Shown piece after piece: positions 52,432-63,100 of a stretch of DNA of 64,000 nucleotides (position 1 is its first letter; every line of letters starts with the position of its first letter). Under the pieces are notes generated by a model, which saw only the letters and a program-made list of their open reading frames with translations, made no database searches and was not told the DNA's origin. Both the position numbers and the translations under genes were made by a program. The DNA is from an uncultured Candidatus Rokubacteria bacterium (GTDB lineage Bacteria > Methylomirabilota > Methylomirabilia > Rokubacteriales > DASRDR01): positions 608,001 to 672,000 of the forward strand of contig CAWGVS010000005.1 in NCBI GenBank assembly GCA_963826115.1. The letters are read 5' to 3'.

Positions 52432-53400
52432 TCAGGGCCGGCCTCTTCGACGATGGGCCAGCGCGAGGCGGCGCGCCACGCTGAGGCCCGCTCGCAGCGG
52501 CGCGGTGAGCCTCCACGACGTTGACCGCAGGACGGCACCGAGGGTGGCCTCCAGCCGTCGGTAGGCGGCCAGCGTGCGGTTGAGGTCGTCCAGAGCACTG
52601 GCGTGGCTCTCGGCCAGCCTGAGGTACTCGCGCTCGATTCGCCACGCCCGCCCGCCGATCGAGCGCCAGGCCATCTGAACGATCCTATCCCGCTCGCGCG
52701 GCTCGCGCAGGCGCGCCTGCCAGCCCCGATTCTCGCAGGCGCGTGCCTCGAGCGACATGTGCCCGCGCTGCTTGCTTGGAAAGTGGAGCGCGCTGACGGC
52801 CATGCGAGTTCCGCACCGGAGCCCGGGGTAGCGGAGGAACTTCCGCCACATGTGCAGATCGGTCTGGACCGAGAGCGGCGCCGGCGTCCATCCCTCGGGG
52901 AGTCTCCCGTAGGCATCGAGCCGATAGCCGGCAAACGTGGGGCCGAACCGGTTGAGAGTGTTGTCCCGCAAGATCTGCTCCCGGAGAGTGGGATCGTCGA
53001 GATTGGGCGGGAGCGCTTCCACGTGGCCATCGGCCCTGATCTGCGTATGGAGCACGTGCCCGAAGTCCACCTCTGACAGAAGCGCGGCGAGCTCGGCGAG
53101 ATGCTCCGGGAACCAGAGGTCATCGTCGGCGATCTGAGCCACGTATTCCCCGCCCGCCCGCTCCAGGGCTCGATGGCGATGGGCCTCGCCATGCCGCTCA
53201 CCCTTCGGAAACGCGAGGACTATCACGCGCCGATCGCGTCCCGCGTATTCCCGGGCGCAGTCGACCGTCGCGTCCGGCGCGCCGTCGCAGATCACGAAGA
53301 GCTCGAGATCGGCCACGGTCTGGGCGAGGACCGTCTCGATCGCGAAGGGGAGCATCGCGGGTGGCCGATGGACCGGCAGCAGCACGCTGAAGCGGGTCAT
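52432..53400 (-). CDS. Glycosyltransferase family 2 with C-terminal coiled coil (copy C)
   Basis: Close paralog of 45479..46429; ADDDLWFP; tail STSWRLTAPLR. Confidence 0.85.
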   Translation of the reverse strand: MTRFSVLLPVHRPPAMLPFAIETVLAQTVADLELFVICDGAPDATVDCAREYAGRDRRVIVLAFPKGERHGEAHRHRALERAGGEYVAQIADDDLWFPEHLAELAALLSEVDFGHVLHTQIRADGHVEALPPNLDDPTLREQILRDNTLNRFGPTFAGYRLDAYGRLPEGWTPAPLSVQTDLHMWRKFLRYPGLRCGTRMAVSALHFPSKQRGHMSLEARACENRGWQARLREPRERDRIVQMAWRSIGGRAWRIEREYLRLAESHASALDDLNRTLAAYRRLEATLGAVLRSTSWRLTAPLRAGLSVARRLALAHRRRGRP

Positions 53401-53407
53401 TCGGCGC

Positions 53408-54331
53408 TCAGCCGGGCAGCCCGGCGAGCCCCCGGAGGGCGGCGATCCGCTCGACGATGATGAGGCCGTCGGTCGCCGAGGAGCGGGGAGGCGGTTCGCC
53501 GCGCAGATGGTCGAGAAACGTCTCGAGCTCGAGCTTCAGCGGGAGCTCGTCCCCGACGCGCCGGTCAGCCGGGGGCCCGAGCGGCTCCTCCGGCGTGCCC
53601 TCGGCGATTACGAGGCGCTGGTCGTAGGAATCGGCGAGCTGCATCGCGTTTCGGCTCCCGACGACGACCACCGCCCGGCGAGTGACCGGGTGACTCGTCG
53701 CGATGTCGATCGTGCCCCGGGGCCCGTCCGGCCGGTCTCTCAGGATGGCGATGAAGTCGGAATCCGCGCGGCCCGGAACCGGCGCGAGCGCACCCGCGAC
53801 GGCGGGGAGATGGCCGAGAATCTCGAGGGCGCCCGCCAGGTCGTGCGGCAACAGGTTCCACATGGCATCCACATCCGGACGCGGGTGGCCCCAGCCGAGC
53901 CGGTACGAGCGGACGGCCAGGATCTCGCCGAGCTCACCGGCCTTGGCGGCGGTCGCCAGCGCCTCGACCCAGGGGTGGTAGCGCCACTTGTCCATGACGA
54001 AGAGCCGATTCCCAGCAGCGGCCGTCAGCCGACGGGCCGCTCGGAGATCGTCCGTCAGCGGTTTTTCCACGAACACCGGCCGATCGAAGGGGAGGAGCCT
54101 CGTCAATCACGGCCGCGTGCGTACCCGTGGCGTCGCCACGCCGAACCCGTCTACGACGGCATCGAGGTCATCGATCGACGGGACGGCCCGGACGGCACCC
54201 TGGGCGAGGGCGCCCGACCGGTTCGCGGCCGATGGTGTCATGACGTGCACTGCGGTTCCGAGCGCCACGAGGTCACGGCGGATGAGCCGTCCCCATCGGC
54301 CACAGCCGACGAGTCCGATCCCCAACGTCAC
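53408..54331 (-). pseudogene. Gfo/Idh/MocA oxidoreductase (copy C), disrupted
   Basis: Paralog of 46437..47360; a deletion near 54130 and an insertion near 54103 enclose TGA at 54107-54109. Confidence 0.8.
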
Positions 54332-54921
54332 CGGGCGCCCCGGGTTGGAACCGAGCCGTACGCTGACGACCAGGCTTTCAGGAAGGACTCCAACAAGATC
54401 GGATAGTCGCCCGCCATGGCATCCCGCTCAGAGAGAGTGGGGGAGGTCGTCGGCCATGACAGTCGCAGCTCCGGGGTATCCCAGCGGCAGGCCAGCTCGT
54501 CGCTCGGATCCCAGTAGTGCGAGGCGCCGTAGACCAGCAGGGATGGCTCGGCGGAGTACAGACCGTGGGCCACGCCCACGGGGACGACCACTGCCGAGGG
54601 AGCCCCCGCGTCGAGCTCGAGTAGCTCGGAAGCGCCAAACGTGGGAGACCATGGTCGCACGTCGTGGAGCCCGAGCAGCATCCGGCCACCAGCCAGTACG
54701 AGGTGATCGACGTGGCGCACGTGCACGTGGACGCCACGCAGGACCCCAGCCCCGCTGGACACGGTGTTCCACTGGACCGGCCGGCAGCCGAGGTCCCAAG
54801 CTTCACGGAAGATCTCGAGAAACGTGCCCCGGTTGTCGGAGTGAGGCGTGAGCCTGTGTACGGCCACGCCATCGAGCCGTGGGGAACCGGAGGTTGGCGC
54901 GTGAGCGGTGATGTGGCTCAT
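54328..54921 (-). CDS. dTDP-4-dehydrorhamnose 3,5-epimerase-like cupin (copy C)
   Basis: Close paralog; GVLRGVHVHVRHVDHL identical to copy A. Confidence 0.85.
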   Translation of the reverse strand: MSHITAHAPTSGSPRLDGVAVHRLTPHSDNRGTFLEIFREAWDLGCRPVQWNTVSSGAGVLRGVHVHVRHVDHLVLAGGRMLLGLHDVRPWSPTFGASELLELDAGAPSAVVVPVGVAHGLYSAEPSLLVYGASHYWDPSDELACRWDTPELRLSWPTTSPTLSERDAMAGDYPILLESFLKAWSSAYGSVPTRGAR

Positions 54922-55059
54922 CGTGTGCCTCCGAGCATGTCTATACCGTCAACTGCTCGCTCCTCGTCAGTGCGGGGCTCCACGCGAGTCCTAGAGTAGC
55001 ATCGGGGCGGCTTCGGCAAGGAGCGTTGTGACGGCGTCCCACCGTCCCCGAGACGCCGC

Positions 55060-56985
55060 GTGATATCGTCCATGTTGGCGCCCAGCGACGCTTCGCCGTG
55101 GGGGCGGAGCCAGGAGGACTGCCGCTTGCGAGAGACTCTGGCCCCCTCGGTGTGGGCTCGCGTGCGAGGCAATGCTTCTCGCGCCATCACGATCGCGGCG
55201 TTGGGACTCCTGGCAGTGGAAGCTCTGCTTGTGCTGCGATTCTGGTGGGCGTACTTCGAGGGGTTCTTTCGGCCGGTCCTCGCGGCGGACATGATCGGCG
55301 ATCTTGGATTTCTGGCGAGCCATCAATCACCTCTCGCGTTCGTCTTCAGCCCACACAACGAGCACGTCACGGTAACCACCCGCACGCTCTCGGTTGTCGA
55401 CTTCATCACGTCGGGGCTGCAGTACCGCCTTCACCAATGGGCGATGCTGGCCTGCCTCGTGGTGGTTGCCGCCGCCCTCTCCGGCATCTTGCTCTGGGAG
55501 CGCAAGAGCGATGCCATCGGTGCCTCGCTGTTCGTCGTGGTCGGTTTGTTCGCGCCTCTGAACATGGCCGTGGCGACGATGCCATATTTCACGCAGCACT
55601 TTACAGGGACCGCGTCAGCGCTGATCGTAAGCCTTTCCATGTACGCGTTGGTCGTTGGACGGCATTGCGTCTGGCAACGCACGGCATGTTGTGTCGCATT
55701 CGTCATCGGATCCTTTTGCGCCCTCGGGTCCGGCGCGAATGGTGTGGTGCTCATCGTATCGGCGCTCACCGCCCCCTTGCTGCTGCATGCGCCGCTGGGT
55801 CGTCGAGCTCGGTTCGTCCAGCTTCTCGTGGCGTGCGTGACGATCATGGTGTGGGCGCGTTGGTTCACGTCGGGTAGCTCGACGGCAATTGAGAACCTGC
55901 TTCGTGTGGGGAACTGGCCGCGCGTTGTCGAGTACTACGTACGGATCTTAGCCTTGCCCGTCTACTATGTCGTTCGCGGCTCGCGGACGGCGATCCTCTT
56001 CGGGTTGTTTTCGCTGGTGGCGAGCCTGTGGGCTTTCTACGTGAGCTGGAGATCCCCATGGCAGCGGAGCGTCGCCCTCTTCGTTTCGGCGTCGCTTCTG
56101 CTGGGTCATCATTTGAGTGCCGTGATGGTCGCTCTCGGACGAAGCGGCACTCGCTGGGGTGCCGAGGATCCGAAGTACTACTACTACGCGACCGTAATCC
56201 TCGTTACGACCGCGGCGATCTTCTGGGCGAACGGAACGGTGGATCGCGCGCGTGCTCGACGTGGTGCCCTCGCGGCTTTGGCAGTCGTGGGGCTGGTCTT
56301 TGTGGGGGGGAGCGGAGCGACTCTGGGAGGGTCGCGTGGGTTGTACAAGGCGTTCGAGGCCGCTAGCCTTGCAACGGCGATGGGGACGACCGACGTCCAG
56401 ACCATTGCTTTGGCAGTGAGCAGGCCGGAGGTAGCTGGGCTATATCGATTTGCCGAGGCGCACCGTCTCAATCTGTTCCGGTGGCCCCTGTTCCTCTTGC
56501 TCGGCACCGAATCGACAAGACTGCCACTCCATGCTGGCTGCTCCGGCTCGGTCGAGGTGCAGCGTAACCTACCAGCCGGGGACGGGGGGGCGGTGACCTA
56601 CGCAGCGGGTTGGGCCGTCGACCCTGGCAGGAGCGGACGCCGCGGCCTCGCCATCGCGGTTGCCAACGGCGACGGCGTCATCGTCGGCCTCGGGGTCTTC
56701 GAGTCGGTGCGCCCCGACCTCCGTGCGCGCGTCGGGATGGCTGCCGTGCCCGCGACCGCGCTTTTGGGGTGGAAGGCCTTCGTTCGCTCCACGAGCTTCG
56801 AGCCACGCCACGCGCTTTTCGTCGTCGATCGGAGCAGGTTGACGGCATGTCGCTTCGGCGCGGTGGACCTCGCGCCACCGGTGGCTACCGACAGCCGCGC
56901 GGCAAACGACGCGTTCATCAGGCGCGTCGCCGCGATACCCGTCCCGACCTGGCGGGATCGATTGACGCTGATCCAAGGCCGCTGA
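55060..56985 (+). CDS. Polytopic membrane protein, putative GT-C-type glycan-modifying enzyme
   Basis: About ten TM helices, PHNEH loop after first TM, LGR..S/P.Y motif, soluble C-terminus (GWAVD); start uncertain. Confidence 0.65.
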   Translation: MISSMLAPSDASPWGRSQEDCRLRETLAPSVWARVRGNASRAITIAALGLLAVEALLVLRFWWAYFEGFFRPVLAADMIGDLGFLASHQSPLAFVFSPHNEHVTVTTRTLSVVDFITSGLQYRLHQWAMLACLVVVAAALSGILLWERKSDAIGASLFVVVGLFAPLNMAVATMPYFTQHFTGTASALIVSLSMYALVVGRHCVWQRTACCVAFVIGSFCALGSGANGVVLIVSALTAPLLLHAPLGRRARFVQLLVACVTIMVWARWFTSGSSTAIENLLRVGNWPRVVEYYVRILALPVYYVVRGSRTAILFGLFSLVASLWAFYVSWRSPWQRSVALFVSASLLLGHHLSAVMVALGRSGTRWGAEDPKYYYYATVILVTTAAIFWANGTVDRARARRGALAALAVVGLVFVGGSGATLGGSRGLYKAFEAASLATAMGTTDVQTIALAVSRPEVAGLYRFAEAHRLNLFRWPLFLLLGTESTRLPLHAGCSGSVEVQRNLPAGDGGAVTYAAGWAVDPGRSGRRGLAIAVANGDGVIVGLGVFESVRPDLRARVGMAAVPATALLGWKAFVRSTSFEPRHALFVVDRSRLTACRFGAVDLAPPVATDSRAANDAFIRRVAAIPVPTWRDRLTLIQGR

Positions 56986-57088
56986 CAGTTGAGGATCGGC
57001 CTGGACTTCCAGTTCCTCGCGGCCCCTGACGGCGCCCGCGAAGCTGGGCGGTACAGCGGCGGTGCGGCAGCGTGTCTGAGGACGAGCG

Positions 57089-59851
57089 TCAGCCCCGCTC
57101 AGGATCCGAGGGAGTCTCCAGGCCCACCTTCCGCTCGACGTCGGCCAGCCGGCTCTCGATTTCGGTGAGCCGGCTCCGGTCAATGGACGCTCCGCTTTCC
57201 GCGTAGCCGAGCCGTCGCATGATCCGATTCAGGTCTTGCCGATACTGGAGGCCGGCGGTGGTGGCATGCTCTTGCACGCGAGTGAGGGCGGCGCGCAGGG
57301 CGCTGACCTGTGGGGCGATGTACCAGCTCACGCTCCGGCGGGCCGCGCGTTTCAGGAGCGCGATGACCCCTCCCACCAGCGGCCTCGCCGACGTCGCAGC
57401 TGGAATCGGAACCGACGGGACGTTGCCGTTCCTGACAGGAAGTGGAGCGCCGACGGGGGATCGAGCTCCCGGCGGCTCCGCCGCCATTCGCTGGCGAATT
57501 AGCGATAGGCGCCCCTCGATGCGCCGCCCGATTGCCGAGGGATCGAGATAGCGGCGAATGTCACGCTGACCCAGGCGGCCCTGCTCGCGCGCACGATCCG
57601 GCGATTCGTAGACGAGGCGCATCAGCTCGGCCGCGTGTTGAACGTCCGGGTTGGCCCAGGTGTTGCCTCGGCGATAGGGGTGGTAGTCCTGATCGAGGGT
57701 CACGAGGTCGTAGCGCACCGGAAAGCTGTTACTAGCGTTCATGAAGTCCATGTTGGCGGAGTAACCGGTTGCGATGACCGGCTTGGCGAAGGTCATAGCC
57801 TCGGCAATCGTGACCCCGAAGCCCTCGGAGCGATGCAGGGAGACGTAGCAGTCGGACGCCTCAATGAGGGAGTTGAGCTCGGGCCGATCCAGAACCTGGT
57901 CGATCAGGATTAGCCGAGGATCCCGGGCGCGCGCGAGGAGAGTCTGCCGGAGGGCATCGTCACCGTGGGAGAACTTCAGGACCAGCCGCACATTCTCGCG
58001 CCCGGGAAAGGCCCGGCGAAACGCGTCGATCACCGCCTCCGGATTCTTTCGGGCCACGACGCTGTGGACGTCGAAGATGAAGAGGAAGACGAAGGAGCCA
58101 TCCGGGATGCCGAAGTGACTGCGCCCCACGTGTTTCGTGGGAGGGTCCCCGGCGGGCAGTGAGACGGGAATCTTGACCACGGGTACCGGGGACACCCGGG
58201 CGATGGTGTCCAGGCAGTACGTGCTACCGACCCACACTTCGTCGAGATAGCCGAACCTGTTCAGCAGGGTTTCCGGGAACTCGGGCAGCTCCCACATCCA
58301 GTAGCCGATGTTGTAGTGGCCTTCGAAAAACGCGGGCGCGTGCTTGGCCGCGAAGGGTCCGAACGCATCGGCATTGAGATGGATCAAGTTCACGGAGTAT
58401 GAGCGGTCGTCCCGCGCGTGCGCATCCAGGCTGGTATCGAGGTTCACCGAGCTGGTATCGACGATGTCGACGATCCGGTACGGGATCCCCGCAGCGCTCA
58501 ACGAACGGGCGCTGGCGCGGAGCGCCTCGCCGACGCCTTTCTCGGACCGAGCGTGCCCGACCAGGTTGACACCGTCGCGTGAGGGCCGGTGGTGATCATG
58601 TCTGCCGACCGAAGCGCTACTGGTCGAGGGCTCGGAGGCGTCGGGATCGAGGGCCGCTGGCATGATCTGCACGGTACGGCCGGCACGTATCCAGGCCTGG
58701 AACCCCACCCGATCCGCTCCGAAGATGCTCGGGAACGCCCGCTGGAGATCCGGCCGTGTCCGGTAGACTTCGTGCCAGAGATTGGTGATGCCCGACCCGG
58801 GCGCAACCTCCTCGGGAGCCCAGCCCACCAGCCATTGCCAGAAGCTGCCGGCCGCTGCGGTCTCAAAGGGGTTTCCGAATCGGCCGGCATCGGCGCCGAG
58901 GCTCTGGTAGACGCGGCGGACCACGGCTGGAATCTTCTCGCCGTTGTCGAAAGTGGCGAAAGCGTAGGGCCAGTCCTTGCTGGTCTGCCAACCCGCACGG
59001 ACCTGGCGAGCGTGGTAGTCCTCGAAGATCGGCCGGATGTCCGGCCGATCGCCGAGTGACACTCGATCCTGGTGCTTGGAGACCGAGTCGAGGCGGGTTA
59101 GCTCCGCGCCGCTGAAGTGGAAGAAGTAGAGCGGCTGGCCATTGACCCGAAGATCCCCTCCGCGCCCTTCCAGGTGACGGTGCGGCAGGTTCCAGTAGGC
59201 GACGTTGTAGCCCGCGTCCCGGACCACCTCGACGCCCGGAAACAAGGCGGGCGCCAGATCCATCCACCGCTGGTCCACGAAGTAACCCGCGCCGGGGTCG
59301 ACGATGCACCTGTCGTGCACCTGCGACTCCCACCACTCGAGGAAGCGCAGGACTGTCTCGTCGCTCCGGACGCCGATGAAGCCGAGGTTATAGGCACCCG
59401 CGACCAGGATGTCCTTGTCGCTGGGCTTCCTGCCGTCGGCAGGCAGCGGCTCGGTTAGGTGTGGGGTCACGATGATCGACGCGTGATCCAGCAGGCGGCG
59501 CAGCGGGTCCAGGGGACGGTACACGACGATGTCCGGATCGAGATAGAGAAGCTTCTTCACGCCCTGGTCGCGAAGGAGATGCCGCAGTAGCGTCGGCTTC
59601 ACCGCGGTGTTGAGCTCGAGGATGGAGTACTTGAAGCAGAAGCGATCCAGATCGCGAATGCCGAGGCGCTCGAGGGGAACCAACTCGAACGGCTCGCGGT
59701 CGGGCGCAAAGTATCCGTCCAGGCGATCGACGAGGAGCACGAACACTTGGGCGTGTGGGTTGTGACGGCGGATCGACTCGGCCAGGACGCGAGCGTAGGA
59801 CAGGTAGTTCTTGGAGATAATGGTGCACACGGTCAAGCCGGCGTCCGGCAT
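57089..59851 (-). CDS. Multi-domain glycosyltransferase (GT-A-like N-terminus plus GT4-like C-terminus)
   Basis: NYL..ARVL, ELNTAVKP, YLDPDI, DQRW; then WMWELPEFP, RKNP, SLHRSEGFG..IAEAM; coiled-coil tail. Confidence 0.88.
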   Translation of the reverse strand: MPDAGLTVCTIISKNYLSYARVLAESIRRHNPHAQVFVLLVDRLDGYFAPDREPFELVPLERLGIRDLDRFCFKYSILELNTAVKPTLLRHLLRDQGVKKLLYLDPDIVVYRPLDPLRRLLDHASIIVTPHLTEPLPADGRKPSDKDILVAGAYNLGFIGVRSDETVLRFLEWWESQVHDRCIVDPGAGYFVDQRWMDLAPALFPGVEVVRDAGYNVAYWNLPHRHLEGRGGDLRVNGQPLYFFHFSGAELTRLDSVSKHQDRVSLGDRPDIRPIFEDYHARQVRAGWQTSKDWPYAFATFDNGEKIPAVVRRVYQSLGADAGRFGNPFETAAAGSFWQWLVGWAPEEVAPGSGITNLWHEVYRTRPDLQRAFPSIFGADRVGFQAWIRAGRTVQIMPAALDPDASEPSTSSASVGRHDHHRPSRDGVNLVGHARSEKGVGEALRASARSLSAAGIPYRIVDIVDTSSVNLDTSLDAHARDDRSYSVNLIHLNADAFGPFAAKHAPAFFEGHYNIGYWMWELPEFPETLLNRFGYLDEVWVGSTYCLDTIARVSPVPVVKIPVSLPAGDPPTKHVGRSHFGIPDGSFVFLFIFDVHSVVARKNPEAVIDAFRRAFPGRENVRLVLKFSHGDDALRQTLLARARDPRLILIDQVLDRPELNSLIEASDCYVSLHRSEGFGVTIAEAMTFAKPVIATGYSANMDFMNASNSFPVRYDLVTLDQDYHPYRRGNTWANPDVQHAAELMRLVYESPDRAREQGRLGQRDIRRYLDPSAIGRRIEGRLSLIRQRMAAEPPGARSPVGAPLPVRNGNVPSVPIPAATSARPLVGGVIALLKRAARRSVSWYIAPQVSALRAALTRVQEHATTAGLQYRQDLNRIMRRLGYAESGASIDRSRLTEIESRLADVERKVGLETPSDPERG

Positions 59852-60113
59852 GAGCGTTCCCTCAGTCGCCGACGCGTGCTGGAGGCGCACCTGGGTCTCC
59901 GGACCGGTCACGGGCTAGGCATGGGTAGCCGGTCATGACAGGGGCGTCCGGCCTCCATCCACCGTCCTCCCGGGGAAGGGCGCCCACAGGGGACTGAGCG
60001 CGGCTCAACTCCTGGGCCGAGAACGGAACGGCAACTCCGTCAGGGTGGCCAGGCCCACGCACGATCTGGGGCCAGTACCCTCGTCCCTGAATGCCTCAAG
60101 ACGGACAGGAAAG

Positions 60114-63100
60114 TCAAGGCGTGACGGTGATGGTCACGTTCCCTGTCGCGACACCCTGCTGGGAGAACCACGCGACGGTTTGCCGGAGCAGGTCCCACCG
60201 GAGGGAGTAGGTGCCGGGCGTGTCGGGCGCGGTGACAACGGCCTGGACGGTGATGCTGCCTCCCGGCGGGACTGTGGACGGCAGCGTGGTTCGCACGCCC
60301 TCCCAGGTGACGAGCGTGGGGCCCTGGTACCAGTGATAGCCGAGGCGGAACAGGCTGTTGCCGTCCCAGGTGAGGGAGCCCGTGTTCGTCAGGGTCACGG
60401 GGACGGTGACGGTGGCGCCGGCCTTAAGGCTGAAGGCGGATGCCTGGTAGGTCACGCCGTAGGGCGGCGCGCCCGGGCCGACCGTGACCGCGACGGCCTT
60501 CATTGCCACGCCCTGGGGAGAGAACCAGGTGACGAACTCGCGGACCAGGTCCCACTTCAGGGTGTAGCTGCCGGCCTTGGTTGGCGCGTTGACCGCAGCC
60601 TGGAGGGTAATGCTGCCTCCCGGCGGGACGGCGGTCGGCAGCGTCGTCCGCACACCGTCCCAGGTCACTAGGGTGGAGCCCTGGTACCAGTGATAGGAGA
60701 GTCGGAAGGGACTGTTGGCGTCCCAGGTGAGGGAGCCCGTGTTCGTCAGGGTCACGGGAACGGTGAGGCTGGCACCGGCCGTGGTGCCGAAGGTGGACGC
60801 CTGGTAGGTGGCGCCGTAGGCTGGTACACCCGTGGTGACCGTGACCGGGATGGCCATCGGGGTCACGCCCTGTGCAGAGAACCAGGTGACGGCCTGCTGG
60901 ATCATGTCCCACTTGAGCGTGTAGGCGCCCGCTGAGGTGGGCGCGTTGACGGCGGCCTGGAGGGTAATGCTGCCTCCCGGCGGGACGGTGGACGGCAGCG
61001 TGGTTCGCACGCCTTCCCAGGTGACGAGCGTGGAGCCCTGGTACCAGTGGTAGGCCAGGCGGAAGGCGCCGTTGGCGCCCCAGGTGAGGGAGCCCGTGTT
61101 CGTCAGGGTCACGGGAACGATGAGGCTGGCACCGGCCGTGGCGCTGAAGGTCGAAGCCTGGTAGGTGGCGCCGTAGGGGACGCGAGCGAGGCGATAGATG
61201 GCTCCTTTCAGATCCGCGACGTAGATCTCGCCGCTCGAGTCCTCACCGAACGTGCTGATGTTGAAACCGGTCGGGATCAGGTCGGCCCGGGACCAGCTGC
61301 CGCTCGCGGACTGCAGCCCAATCCAGATCTTCTTGGCGCAATAGTCGCCGAACACATACGCGCCGTTGAGCGTCGGGAGCCCCGCGCCCCGGTAGCGGTA
61401 CCCGCCGATAACCGAGCAGCCGCCCTCGCTCTGCGAGTAGTCCAGGATGGGAAGGACGAGGCTGCCGGTCTGGCAGCCGCTTGAAGGGTTGAAGCAGGCC
61501 GTCCCTTCCATGCGAGGCCAACCGTAGTTCAAGCCTCCGGGGGCGCCGGCGAGCTGGAGATTCACCTCCTCGCGGCTGTCCTGGCCAACGTCGGCGATGA
61601 ACAGGTCACCGCTGAGGCGATCGAATCCGATACGCCAGGGGTTGCGGAGGCCCCACGCCCAGATTTCGGGGAGGGCGCCCGGAGTGTTGCGAAACGGGTT
61701 GTCGGGGGGGATCTCGTAGTACGGTGGCGGATCGTCCTCGACGTCGACGTCCAGTCGAAGGATCTTGCCGAGGAGCGTCCCGAGGTTCTGACCGCTGTGG
61801 AGGGGGTCGCCCGCTCCGCCCCCGTCGCCGACGGGAACGTACAGGTACCCGTCGGGCCCGAATGCGATCCCGCCTCCGTTGTGGTTGCTGAACGTCGAGT
61901 GCTCGACGGTGAGCAGGACGTGCGCCGTCGCTGGGTTCACGGTGTTGGCGCCGGCCGACGCCGCCTGGTAGCGCGCCAGCACGACGTCACCGTTCGCTCT
62001 CGTGTAGTAGACGAAGAAGTAGCCGTTGCTCGCGAAGTTCGGATGGAAGGCGAGGCCAAGGAGCCCGCGCTCGCTGCAGCAGTTCACGAGGCTGCGAATG
62101 TCGAGGAAGGTGTCGGGGGAGGCGAAGGGCGCCGTGTCGTTCACGTCGTACGCGAGAATCCGGCCGTCCGCCTCCACGACGAAGAGTCGCCCGTCTCCCG
62201 AATTGGCCATCGCGACGGGACGGCTCAGGCCCGAGATCACTTTCTGCAGGGCCACCCGCCGGGCGCTCTCGAGGGGAGCGCCGTCACTCGCCCACGCGGG
62301 GCCCGCGGGATTGCCGCCGAAGCGGCGGACGCCCGGACTGCCACCGCCGCTGGCGGAATCGCCGATGAGGTTCCCGGTCCCCTCATCCAAGTGGTAGAGG
62401 GCCGCGGTGCTTCCGTCCGGCGTGAAGAGGCTGAACGGTCGCGTGAACCGGGTTCCCGTGTACCGCTGGCCGGTCGAGAGCCGTACCTCGTCGATCCAGC
62501 CGTGATAGGAGGGAAACTCCGTGCCGGCGTCATGCTTCTCCGCACCGATCACCAGATAGGGGTCGGAGAGTGGATGCGCCGTCGCGCGGTTGTCGCGATA
62601 GCTGACGTCTTGATTGGGGCCGACGTTGCCGGCGCCCTCGGCGTCGAGGACACCGTCGACGTAGATGCGCAGCCGCCCGTCCGAGAAGCGGCGCGTGACG
62701 GCCACGTGATGCCACACGTCGTCCGTGACGTCGATCGTCCCGCAGATCGTGTTCCCGATGCTCCCGACGCTCACTCCGAAGGCGAGCCGCCCGCCGGTCA
62801 GCGACACGCCGTAGTCGCCGCGGTCGCCATCCCCGAAGACGTCACGATCGAAGAGGATGTTGCCGTTGATCCAGCCGTCGACGGACCCGCACGAGACGTC
62901 CTCGGACGCATTGTCATCGGGAGCGGCCCGCATCCACCACTCCAGCGTGAAGTCGGTGGCCCCCACGTCGGCCGGCACCGCCGGACCGTCGATCTTGATC
63001 TTCACGCGGTCGATGTCCCCGGTGCCGTTGCCGAAGAACCGGAGGGACGTGGCCGATGCTGGCCCCGAGAGGAGGAGGCCGAGCCAGACGATCACCAGGA

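Noticed and set aside
60117-61179. DGR template/variable repeat or CRISPR array
   Set aside because: Repeats are in-frame protein domains, differences are not adenine-specific, and no reverse transcriptase or cas gene is present
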